Below are positions 24,001 to 36,020 of a stretch of 64,000 nucleotides of DNA, in pieces. Position numbers and translations under genes: made by a program. The notes below the pieces were generated by a model. The model did not search any database. It saw only the letters and a program-made list of their open reading frames with translations, and was not told the DNA's origin. Positions within the stretch are counted from its first letter, which is position 1. Each line of letters opens with the position of its first letter. Origin of the DNA: Balanoglossus misakiensis (taxonomy: Eukaryota > Animalia > Hemichordata); assembly GCA_040954595.2 (NCBI GenBank), contig CM082591.2, forward strand, positions 5,053,009-5,117,008, read 5' to 3'.

Positions 24001-27000
24001 CATTTATAAGAAATAATAAAAAATCTCCTTTTATCCAGTCTACCTCTTGTATACCTATGGGGGGATGAAATTTGCAGACTCATGTAGCTGCAATTAAGTT
24101 CTGCACACACTTCAAGATTACTAAAGAAACTGTAATTCGAAAAGACAGAACACACCTAACCACGACCTTTGATACATAAGGACACCGTAAGTTACTCCTT
24201 CAACTCCTGTCAGTTTCACAAACAAAGTAGTTTTCAAATTTATCGCCCTCTTCAACACCTCAATACGATCTTGTACTGGCCTTTCGCATAGTTTTGCCCA
24301 TGGTAGGAAGTAAACCACATAAAAAATATAAACTTTGTCAATCTGAGTTAAGAAAACAGATTTCATTTATTAAGTGTGATATTTCCAGCTACCCCAGATG
24401 TCCCCTTCTTTTGTTTTTGCATTAGATACATTAAAGGGCCACTATCTGTAAGTTCTGGCTATTTTTCAGCATTTTTGTTTAAATTTGCATATCAACTACA
24501 TTTACATTATATGTTCTCTCTATATTATCCCCAGATAGCCAGTTTCCAGCTTGTCAACTAGGCATGTAATTGTGTAAAGACCATATTGGATTCAACTCAG
24601 CTGAAATATTGCTTAAACAGTTTTAAAACCTATTGTGCATTTTAGACTGATTTTACTTAGAGAATGGTGCACTCTCATTTGCAAAATATAAGACACATCT
24701 ATTCCCATGGAATCTATCCTCAAATCTCATTCCGGCCTCATTAGAAACGGTTCTCCTGCAAAATCCTTGGTCTTGCTGGGAGTTCCACTTCCATTGAAAA
24801 CTGAACACGATTTCGGATCCCGCGGAAGAGAAGCCAAAGTGTTGCCAAGGTTACGGGAGAAAGACACGACTCGGTGACTGCTGCAAGATCTGGTTTCTCT
24901 ATACATCCTGCCGTGGCACGATGGAACTGCTCAGATCATTTCCTTGTATTTAGATGGCCTCGTTTCAGGAAGACATAAAATGAGAATGCAGAGTCTGCAT
25001 GTTCCAGGGGAAATTATGAGTCCACTGATGAGAACTGCGTCCAGGCAACTGACACGTTTCGATTCAACTTGCAAACGGGAAACAAAACTGACTTGATTTC
25101 CTGGTTTTAATCAACCAAGTCATCTGACTGCAAGAATGCCTTGTGTAAATATACCAATGTTTCAGGTACTGTCTCTTCCTCACACAAAACTCCTGAAGGC
25201 TATAATTCTTTCAAGAAATCTTGAGCAGTTGAAGAGACAAGTACACAGTCTTGTCAGAATTTCTCATCATAATGATTTATGCAGGAGGATATCCCACTAA
25301 CATTACTTCCCCCTTCTTGGATTAATTATGACATTTGAACAAACTTCATCTTAAGTTGCTGTCTACATTTATCCTTACAGTGAAGAAGTACTTGGGAGGT
25401 TTCTAATTTAATAAACACAAGAGGAACAATGTTTCCATCAAATAGACATTTTTGACATTTGAACAAACAAACCAGGATACACTTAAATTTAGTGAAGATA
25501 TCACATGCTTAAGTTTCTATTTTCTTAACAGATGAGGAACTAGTTTTTCATCAATAAAGGACACAATATATAATAAGAATTATGAAGACTTTAGGATTTG
25601 AACATGAAATTATATATACATACAACTTTGCCTATATTTACAATGAAATTTCATAGCCTAGTATTTCACTGCTATGTGTTAGTACAGAGAAAAACTTTTT
25701 TGTCTTAACCACACACTTCTATTTTATTTTTATAATCTTCATTCAATTATTGCATTTTCTCAGTTCTGTCAGCAATAATATAAAGGCTCTCTTCAAGTTA
25801 TATATTATTTCTCCCTTCAAATAGTAAACTTAGCAATGCAAAGCAACAGAAATTAGTTGTGCTTCAATCCCACTGCAATAACTTGAAATTCTGTATGATG
25901 GATTTACATGTATCATGGAATTTCTATGGCCAATTAAATTGATCTATAGGCTCTCTTCAAGTTATATATAATTTCACCTTTCAAATAGTAAACTAAGCAA
26001 TGCAAAGTGACAGAAAATAGTTTTGCTTCAATCCCACTGCAATAACTTGAAATTAATTTCTGTGGCCAATTAAACAGAATGCAAAGAATTTTGCTCGCTG
26101 TCTCTGTCCCTCTGCTAAAAAAAACTATAACGAACAAAAATATATTTCTCTGACCTAGGATTTGCTAAAAATATTTATTAATGCACACCAAATTTCCTTT
26201 TAGCTGTTAAAAATAACCCTTTACCATGCAAGCCTCATCAAACAATGGTTTCAAGAAAGTTTAATTATTCTGAAAATAGATTTACCTATTCAAGTCAAAC
26301 TTCCGTACAGCCTTATTGTGGTTTGACTGGATTTATGCAGCAGGAAAGGGGGAATACCTATCAAAATTTGCTTCATACCAAAATAATCTCCATATTGGCT
26401 GCACGAGTGTGTCATGCAATTAATAATCTGATCGTCAATTCAAGGGGACATGCACATACTGACCCCACATCCCCCAAATCACACCTTGTGACATTTAATT
26501 TCAGCCCGTGACCATCATAGATTTATCACATGAACTGTGCTGGCCTAGACAAAACCACACAACAGGGGAATTTACACACATCCCATCCCAAACGTCGCAT
26601 ACGTCACATGCATACATACATTCACGTGCATGTGCAGTTGCAATACACATGAATGAGCACTGCAAGTAAATTTGACCAGGATGGTATTAAGATCATCATC
26701 AATGTAAGCTTTATCTTAGATGTATATGTACATGTATCATTGGTTTATTTCTAATTTTCCGATCATAATGATTGACGAAATATGAATTTTAAGTATCAAA
26801 CGTTAAACCACATAACCCGGATTCAAATTATATGCAAATAACTCATTAATATGCAAGAAATGCCCGTCATAAGTGTTAACTTTATCTTTGATGTTTGATA
26901 AACTTAATCTTATATGTATTCCTAATTTTTTCATCGTGATGATTGACGAAATATGAATTTTTAAGTATCAAACCTTAAACCACATAACCAGGATTCAAAT

Positions 27001-30000
27001 TATATGCAAATAGCTCATTAATATGCAAGAAATGCCCGTCGTAAGTGTAAACTTTATCTTTGATGTTTGATAAACTTAATCTTATATGTATTCCTAATTT
27101 TTTCATCGTGATGATTGACGAAATATGAATTTTTAAGTATCAAACCTTAAACCAAATAACCTGGATTCAAATTATATGCAAATAACTCATTAATATGCAA
27201 GAAATGCCAGTCGTAAGTGTAAACTTTATCTTTTATGTTTGATAAACTTTCCCCATATGTACATGTATCATTGGTTTACTTCTATTTTTTTCATCATGAT
27301 GACTGACGAAATATGAATTTTTAAGTATCAAACCTTAAACCATATAACCTGGATTCTAGTGACCTGCCGGGTACATGATACCAACATACCAGCTCACTCT
27401 GCAGTCTGCGATACCACTATTGAAATATTAACTCGCAAACTACACACATTACTCCTTATCATGTCGTCAACTATAATAAGCTCATGACAAATAATCGAAG
27501 TGCGCTTTCTAGGGTATGGAGGAAATGTAGAACAAGTCTGCAAATATTGCAGATATATAACCCTTCACATTCACAGACAAAGTGCAAACACATGGGTCTC
27601 AACTACATGTATAAACAACAAAAACACAAATTCAGGCTATCAAACTTTACAATTTTTTATATCTTGGCTTCAAAAAGAAATAAACTTCCGGGATCAGGGC
27701 AAACATCATCCACTTGTGCGACCTCAAGCGACATATGAATGGGTGTTAATGATTTATTTGGCTTTTTCTACATGTACTAATGTTGATATTTTGCCATAGA
27801 TATTGACAGGGTACGTGTTTCTCCCAGGGTACTGGATGTGTGATTTGGCTCCACGTGGTGATTTGAATTTTACATTAATAGTATTTCACATGATTCAACA
27901 CGATTCAGTTATCACTAACTGCTTGTTCTTAGGCTAACAGAAGATAACTTAATTGACCAGTCCCTTTGCCAACAAACGATATGTCTCTATGTCTACTGCA
28001 CCCGGATCCGGATGTTCAATGTCCCAATTCAAATATTTGTAGTAGACTGGGTGCAACACTCTCAAAGCTGTATTAAACGTTAGACAGACACCATTTTGTA
28101 CAAAAATCTGGAAATAAGACACACAACTGACTATGAGCATAAAGCTGAATGTTCGCACGTCGAATGACAATATTGTACATATAGTTGGCAGTGTTCATAT
28201 GAAAGGGGTTTATTCTTGTTACATGCTGCTTTCCTAGTCAAACATTATCGTATGCAGCTTTATCTCTTCGCGGCAGGAAACTTTTGTAATATCAACAGAG
28301 GTGACTATTTCGTGACGATTATTTCACTTACTGCATTATCCAAATTCGCGTCAATTTATTTTCGCGTTTGTCTGGCTCTTACAAAGTTCGCGAAAAATTT
28401 TCATACAGTAGCTCCTTCCCAACTGGATGTGAATATTGTGTCATTCACCCTCAAAACATGTAGGTTGAGTATTTGTATACATACATGTGTCGCTAAGGAA
28501 CAGATTCAGGACATGGTATCGGATGTCAATTCGAGGCTGCAGATCGACCTCACAGGTCGCATGAAATTTGCCGCCACCCACCATGTCACACGCACTGACA
28601 TCAACTCAACTGAGTTTTGATTTATAGGAAAACTTAAACTGGCAGTGTAGCGTGGTGGTGAATGCAAATAAAGATCACGTCTTCCAGGAACCAGCAGTTT
28701 TCTTATCCTTCTGTGCTTAACCCTTGAGGTACACAGAACATTTCATGATTTATTAATGAAAACTTACGATGAAATTTCATGCACTGACATGCATTCAAAG
28801 AAATTCATGAATGACATCAATACTCCATGCATATATATTTGTATTCATCATCATTCGTCAAATATTCATGCACAAAATATTGTGTTTTTTGACTTGTAAA
28901 TTTTCCTAAATCTGGTCCCTCGTGAATTATTGATGAATTATTCATGCATACTAATGAATATTCATGAAGTCATGCGTTTTCCATGTCATTCACATTTTTC
29001 CCCCTTTAAAGCCCCTCCTTAACAAGTTCCATGAAATCTCCTTTGTCCTTAATGTTAAGGTCACTCACTGCACGCTTATTTCTGGAATGTAAGAAGTTTC
29101 AGTTTCGAGCATGGACTATTTTTTTCCCAAAAATATCTTAAGTAGTTCATAAACAATTAAGAAGGTCCTTACTCGGGCTGAATTGCATTTTTTTTGTGTA
29201 CAGCAGCCTCCACCAGGGACAGTGCTGTGGGTCACCATGTGCTTCCAATTAACAGGACAGAAAATCAAATCACACATGAGATTTGAACACTATAATAGTT
29301 AAACCTCCAATACCTGCTATATTTACACATTTTCATGAGTTTACTTGCAAACTTGGAATGGGCCATTTAAATAAACTAACCGATGGGTATATATACAAAC
29401 ACATCATCAACCTCTGATTGTAAACGGGTGTGGCACTCATTAGTCAGCTGCCAATTTCTATGCAGATTGAACTATCTAGGTATGTGAACAATGGTATAAG
29501 AAACTCCGCAAAGTTAAAATTGGATAAGGAGATGTTTGAAATATGCTATTGACTAAATTGTGTTAAAAGTGGCAGCTACTGGGCTTTAAAATTAGTAGCT
29601 GGGGTACCATTGTATTTAATTGTCTCATGCACGAAGCACAATTCATCACCTTATATGGAAGTTCAAAGGAAGTACAACTTTAAAAACATTGGGTGTGGAC
29701 AAGATATCGCTACTGAATTTGTAGACTGCATATAGTGATACAGGTATTTACAAGGTGTCGATATATCAGCAGGCATCAAATTTTTCAGTAGTATACAAAC
29801 ATTGGTTCCTTTTGGCATGGTTTCAAAACTTTATCTCTGTCAAGAGCAATCATACACATGCATGCTTAAAATTCACCTACTCTTGTGCCACATTTGGGTT
29901 ACCTGACACCTGCTTGGTTACTGCAAAGAGTCAAGTGCGTCAATTTAATGCAAATGACTGTTGTATGTGTTTTGTTGTTGACAACAGCTAATTACTCAAC

Positions 30001-32087
30001 TGGAGAGCTAATTACTCAACTGGAGAGCTATATTCACATGACAACAAATATGAAACTAAATTACCACATATCTTCACACTATTTCCAGTGGAAAATTTTG
30101 GACAAAACCAATGGAAAATTTGCCAGGTGACTATAGTTTAGAGTCTATGTTTCAGTACCAAATGCTATTTCATGAAAATAGCTGGATTCTGAACCAGAAT
30201 ATCTCAAACTGATTAGGGCTGTCACCTTGACATACTTTAACATAATGAAACACCAGTTCACAACAAATAACTACAAAATGTTAACTTTTCAAGGTCTTTT
30301 CAGGGCTGGATTTTGAATTCCATCCAAGGATGTCGCCAATTTTCCAGGATATGATTTTGAAAGGGTTTGAAACTAAAAATGGAAAGCAGTTAAGTTACCT
30401 TACAAAATGGCGACCCCTTGCATTTAAATATTTCTTTGTGCGGTAAACTGAGATTAGTGAAAGTGCACACAAAATGAAAATGAAAGTAAGATGACACACA
30501 GAATGTGTATTCGGAAGAGATATTTCAATTTCCCTAATGCTCCTCATTTCCTGTTTCTCAAACCATCTGCAGAACAGTCCTATTTCTGTTAGTCAAGGAA
30601 ATTATGGGTATCATTATAGAAAGACTACGGGTTTGATTTCAGCGATCAACTGAAAATCAATACACATGTTGACAAGAGGGGAAAGTGGGTTACATCAGGA
30701 CCTTTGAAAATGTCTTGTGGTAAAGTCACCTTTGAAAAGGTCTTTTGGTAAAGTCCCCGAATGTAACCTAAAAAAGAAACATATCCCTGACCCAACAGTG
30801 ATGCAGCAAATAGCTGGTCACCAGTGAACCCATTTGACTTGTACACATCAAGTAGACACTTGACCAGACAGAGATCGCACATGCCACAAAAGCACAAATT
30901 TACATGTCAAAGCCATGGGCTGTACCCAAATGTTATCTCGCCCAAACTGTCACAAAACATCACTACTGACAATGAGAATGAAGACTGCAGTCTTGCAGGT
31001 AGTAATGTACTTGCATGATGTGGAGTATTTGTCCACAGAAAATCATATCCACATGCAGATAACAATATTTTAAAAGCCTACATGGGATGCTCAATATGCT
31101 GATTTATATGAATTACTTTTCAATTCTATTTAATGAATCCAATCAATCAATCGATTATTAATGATCAAATTACTTAATTATTTTTTAATTAATTGAGTAA
31201 GTAAGTAAGTAAGTAAGATAGTAAGCTTCCATGCATGGCAGGTTAACAAGACCACTAATTCCAGCTCACCTTTCCTTTTGAGTCTTTCCAGCATCTCAAA
31301 GAGGACATCTCCTGCATAAGCAGCCCTGTCTTTGAAGTCTTCCTTTGTGAGCATCAGCAAACCCTTGCCATTCATGCAAAACTTGGATACATCGATTCCG
31401 TTCAGTGAGAATTCCTCTTCTGACCAGCGTAGCCACTTTACTACATCGTCTCGTGACCAGTGCATGGGATGCGTAGCTGTGAGGTTTGATTAATAAAAAT
31501 AAGATTTTGAACAAATTGTAATGAAATGAATTTCAGAGTAGTCATTAACAATTTGCCAAAAAAAAATTTTATAATTGCCCCATTAACCCTTTCACCCCCA
31601 GTTCCTTCTTTAGAGGTCCGACCTTGCCATAGAAAACAATGGGTTTGGACTGAACCATGGAGGTGAAAGGGTTAAAGGGATGTAAAGCTGCGTCACATAT
31701 AGTGTCAAGGGCACTGATGCTCCCATTTTTTTAAATTGGCACATATTAAAGTATGACAACAAGTGCATTTTGGACCAAACAGAGAAAGAGAGATTAATTG
31801 CCCAAAAGATATTCTCATTGCTTATGTGTAATAAGTTATGAAACATCACTTCTTAAAAACTAAATTACTCTTAATAAGAATGTAAAGAATGTTTTCTTAC
31901 CGATCGGCAGTGGGTTAATTGAAATTGGCGAGTGAAGTGTTTCCGATGGGAATTGCAAGGTTGCTGGACCGGCAAGTCTTGGGGAATATGGAGCGACGGC
32001 AGGAAAATTCCATGGCACTGTGTGAGAGTGGCTATAATTCACTGGGGCTAGTGAATACATCACAGGGTTGGAACTGGTAGAATTCAT
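20930..32087 (-). CDS. ETV6: ETS transcription factor of the TEL/ETV6/ETV7/yan family with PNT(SAM) and ETS domains, ~411 aa, at least 7 coding exons
   Basis: Exons (minus) 32087-31901, 31476-31270, 23077-22958, 22625-22509, 22128-21907, 21537-21294, 21068-20930 join in frame (1236 nt). PNT: WSRDDVVKWLRWSEEEFSL..F.MNGKGLLMLTKEDF..GDVLFEML. ETS: DCRLLWEFLY..WED..FRII..LWG..KNRKNMTYDKLSRALRYYY..GQKLTYRF. An in-frame TAA two codons upstream fixes the ATG at 32087. Confidence 0.88.
21294..21537 (-). CDS. ETV6: ETV6-like ETS-domain exon
   Basis: ctccag| DCRLLWEF...GQKLTY(R); ends at the non-canonical donor AG|gcatgg. Confidence 0.95.
21907..22128 (-). CDS. ETV6: ETV6-like linker exon (EPLPTPP...PLDLS...)
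   Basis: acacag| 222 nt |gtcagt, phase 1-1. Confidence 0.85.
22509..22625 (-). CDS. ETV6: ETV6-like linker exon (GNLQVDGRFDIATETF...)
   Basis: catcag| 117 nt |gtaatc, phase 1-1, open. Confidence 0.65.
22958..23077 (-). CDS. ETV6: ETV6-like linker exon (EFFQPFPKYPPLSPISP...)
   Basis: ttgcag| 120 nt |gtatgt, phase 1-1, open in the required frame (not shown in the ORF track); PxSP motifs. Confidence 0.75.
25784..26074. repeat. Local direct duplication, period ~164 bp
   Basis: AGGCTCTCTTCAAGTTATATAT...CTTCAATCCCACTGCAATAACTTGAAATT starts at both 25784 and 25948. Confidence 0.85.
26725..27357. repeat. ~172-bp tandem repeat (~3.6 units) containing octamer ATGCAAAT
   Basis: ATGA(T/C)TGACGAAATATGAATTT at ~26768, 26939, 27111 and 27299; ATTATATGCAAATA in three units. 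Confidence 0.92.
31270..31476 (-). CDS. ETV6: ETV6-like exon 2: PNT/SAM domain
   Basis: ATHPMHWSRDDVVKWLRWSEEEFSL...GDVLFEMLERLKRK; cacag| ... G|gtgagc. Confidence 0.95.
31587..31671. mobile_element. 85-bp piggyBac-like mini-MITE (TTAA|CCCTTTCACC...GGTGAAAGGG|TTAA)
   Basis: TTAA on both sides and a 10-bp TIR beginning CCC; related degenerate copies at ~21215-21264, ~36477-36548 and ~11693-11780. Confidence 0.75.
31901..32087 (-). CDS. ETV6: ETV6-like coding exon 1
   Basis: Acceptor cacag| at 32098; MNSTSSNP...PYSP...NPLPI; donor G|gtaaga. Confidence 0.75.
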
Positions 32088-35000
32088 CTTTTAATACCTG
32101 TGAACAAATATCAGAAAAACAATATCAGTATCTCTTTAACCCATGGGAACAGTGATTGACCAACTTAAAAAAAAATATGTCTTCTTGTAAAAGCTATTTC
32201 CATTGGTTCTTTACAATGTCAGTCAGTTTACATCTTGCAATTATTCTTTTATGTTGCCATGATCAGTAACACCTGTTGATCAGTGGGGACTGTGTCATTG
32301 ACAATGATGATACAGGTTGAAAAGTCAGACAATATGGTATAGTCAGTTTGCATTTTTGTATTCTACACACTTTTAACAATTAGTTAAAAGCTCAGTATTT
32401 CATAAATTACATTTTGAATAGTTTGACTTGGACATTTTCTGCATGGTTATATATTTGGGTATTTTTTTTAGTTTCAACATATTGTGTTTGTAAAGCTTTG
32501 ACAATATACAGTAAAACATTGCCAAATATTTATTCTCCAATGAATATGGTGGGTGTTCAAAATGTCAGTTTGCAGGTGAAACAGACATAACGCCACTGTT
32601 TGGGAAGTAAATGGTCGTTGGACTGCAAACCCCAGTAGCACAGTGCACACTACAGTAGCTCAAGTAGTTCTCGGGTCACCCCTGAATGAACGGAAGCAAC
32701 AGAGTCTATTTCTCACACAAAGGGGAAGTTGAAAAAAAAAATCTTGACCCCTGTGGCCGGTAGGCAAACAAATGCAACCTACAAGAGCCCTAATGTTTGT
32801 GTGTCCATGGCAAACAAAATAACACATACCGCTAGTACAGAGGGATAGTTAGTATTTGCCTGTCTCAAATATTACCTAAAAGTTAAGAAAACTTTGTTAC
32901 AGAAAAATATGGCACACAAAATCAAGTTTTGAGAAGGAAAATATCCTACAGAATCAAAATTATATCTGTAAGGATACTATTACATATAATTTAAAGTAAT
33001 TCCCATTACATGTTTATTTTAGAAACTGGATTTTCAACTTTTATACAGTAATTTCACTATTTTTTTTTTTTTTTTGGTAATATTTGGTGGTTATTATCCA
33101 CACTAATATGTTGAATTCTGAATTAAATTATATTTGGAGAATTTACAATTACTACAATGTACATTAAAAATTGAATTGTGTTTCCATGAGTAAAAAGCAT
33201 GAAAGAATGTTACATGACTCTCACTTTCACGTATGACATATAAATGACAATAACAGTCGTCAGTGTCACAAGTTTTCAGTTTCATCATAGACAAGGATGC
33301 CCACTGACCCAAACCATATCAAAACGTAAATGCATGATTTTACTTCAGACTGAGTATCTATCAAGGTGACCCTAAATGACACAAGCATAAGGACAAAATC
33401 CCAGGCTGTATTTTGGTATTTGAGAGCTACACTGTAATCATAAACCATCAATCTATCTATTAGCTAGTTGACATAAATTTCCGTCCAAAGTTTAAAGGGT
33501 GGGGAGCAGATTAACAGACCTCCAGGTGCATGACATGTCTATTCAGGTCCAACTCTGTGCGGCACGTGAAATATCCCACAATTCACTCTGATTGGTACAC
33601 ACGTACATCAAGGCTTGAAATGTGGCAAATTTTTGCATAGAATACGTCGATTATTTAATAAATAATAATTTTAAAGGATATGACAAAAGAAATTTACATA
33701 TAAAGTAGATGACATGTGACCACCTCAATTGCTTTGTAGCATGCACAAATTTTTGGATGCAATTTACAGTTGACTGTACTGCTTTGCCTGGGAAAATGTT
33801 GAACTTTATATGATATTTGGACATGATAATTAAAGATATAAGCTCCACAGCAATTGTAGGATATTCTAATTTGAATATGTAAATGATAGGTGATATGGGA
33901 GATTGACTATGGTCTTGTATTTTTTCTCACACTTAATTTGCATAACATTAACATGATGAGCATACTGTAAGTTGAAATTTGAATTTTTTTTACTGAACAC
34001 ACATTTCAAGTTTACTAATTAAAATCATCCAAGTTTAATACTCGGACTGAAAAAAATGAAGACAGAACGGAGAAAAACGGTCGGAAGAAGCATTAAGAAT
34101 GCAAGTTCTAATATTAGGTCTGCACTTTAGGGGTAGTAAATGTCATCACGACCAACCTCATTGCCAACTATGGCTTTATCCTCCTAGCAAGACCTGGAAG
34201 CTCTATTAAATTCTGTGTCCTGTTTAATAATGAATGCATCCTCATATTTTTGGCCTACATCTGCAGATTCTGGTAATTTTATACTTTTTACATAAAGCAA
34301 TTTGATAAAAATATGAGACTTGAGTACATGCAAACTTACAATTTCCAAATAGATTATTCCAATGTTATGATAAATTATAGTGGCGTCAATAATTAAACTC
34401 TGTTCTCACAACCAATAGAATCCAGTTTTCCAAAAGAACTCATTAATGGGGGACTGTATGCTGTAGGCTTGTTAGTGATAAGCGATTGACGTACTGTGCA
34501 CACAGGCAAAGTCTTACCACAGGCATTTCAACCTTTTAAACCTTTTTAATTGATGCAAAATCTATGTTGACTATTTTTATAAGGTAATTAAATGACAGTT
34601 TTTTCTATTATTACAGTGAAATGCCCAAATTCTCAAGATCAACTTTGATTCTGAATTTTCACTAAAGCTGATACTGCATTATCTCAAAGGGCAATCAGTC
34701 TGCAGGCAGTGAAGGAAAAACAATCATTATCAAAATCTCGTTTCTATGGTTACTTATTCATAGTGGCCAGCCAACAGGCCAAAGGTAAAGATAAGAAATT
34801 GGGTATTTCAACAAAAAGTAGAGAAAAACAAACAATGCGAACAAATGTGAATGCAAAAAAAAGACCTTCACGATAACAAAAGTGAAAATGGTCCACACCT
34901 CACTATTTGACAACAGTGCTACAAAACTTTCCTAATTACTGACTCAAGGATTTTTTTAATTGCAAAGATAGTGTAAGCACATTTTCTACAACAAAATATT

Positions 35001-35647
35001 ATGGCAAAGCTAACAACTGCTGTAAATTCTGAAATTTCTAGAATTTCTACCTGTCGTACACAAAACACCTTTTCCCGCCAAAAATATAATCTAGAAATGT
35101 CCACATTTTATTAAACTATATAGCACCACACCGAGGTCAGAGAACATAAGCATTAAAAACTAAAATGCACCTATTTTGATCAAAATCATCATCAAATCAA
35201 ACAACACTGGTACATCAGGAAGAAAATAGGTGTAGATATAGCTGCAAAGCTGAGAAACTTTTATGCAAATTACCCTTTTCAAAAAGGCAAAATGAAAGTA
35301 ACGTTCAACTAAGTTTAGTACAGAGGATAATTGTGCCATTGCAACACAGAGATTAAATTAGAAACAATGGGTTTTTTACCAAAATTACCAGATTTAGCTC
35401 AGTTTTAAATTCCACTTTCGTCACAAGCACGTGTTTCTCAACTGACGGTGAATGTACAGAATGCAGAAGTTCTCCTATTACTGTGTGTAGCTACAACTGT
35501 GCAACGCCCACCACTAACAAGTTTTATCTCCAGTTACTCTGACCTCCCCCCTTGATGCAAATACGAGCGTAGCGTACCTTACAGCCACATGGACAATCAT
35601 AAATTTCACCTTGGAGAATGCAGAAAAAATGCACGTGTAGTAATTAC

Positions 35648-36020
35648 CTGTTCTCACTGATGGATCTGCAGAAGCTTTGTTCGGGCATGAGTTACGGTAC
35701 TAGTCCTAGGTGCGAGTAAAAAAAATAATTTCTGCTGCTAAGTTTGTGGAACTTCTACGTTGGCTGTACATGTAGTTCACTGAGCTGTGGACAAGTACTT
35801 GGGTGTCTGCCAGGAAGTACACTAAGGTCACAACATGACATTTTTTACCTGTTCTTGGAATATTTACTCATGCAAATTTTATTCATTTATGCACGGCAGA
35901 CCAGCCAATCAGGACGCGAGTTATAATATATGCATGGGGAAAGAGAAAGGAAGTGCACAGGAAGTAATTTTAGAGTGGATTAAATTCGACCAGAGCTCTC
36001 ATTTTACACGACAGGAAGTT
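35648..36020 (-). promoter_or_regulatory. Candidate proximal alternative first exon/promoter of the ETS gene
   Basis: Donor CAG|gtaatt at 35648/35647; CCAAT at ~35905; cluster of (C/A)AGGAAGT motifs at ~35810, 35948, 35958 and 36012. Confidence 0.35.

Noticed and set aside
29986-30030. 20-bp tandem duplication AGCTAATTACTCAACTGGAG
   Set aside because: Ordinary intronic slippage.
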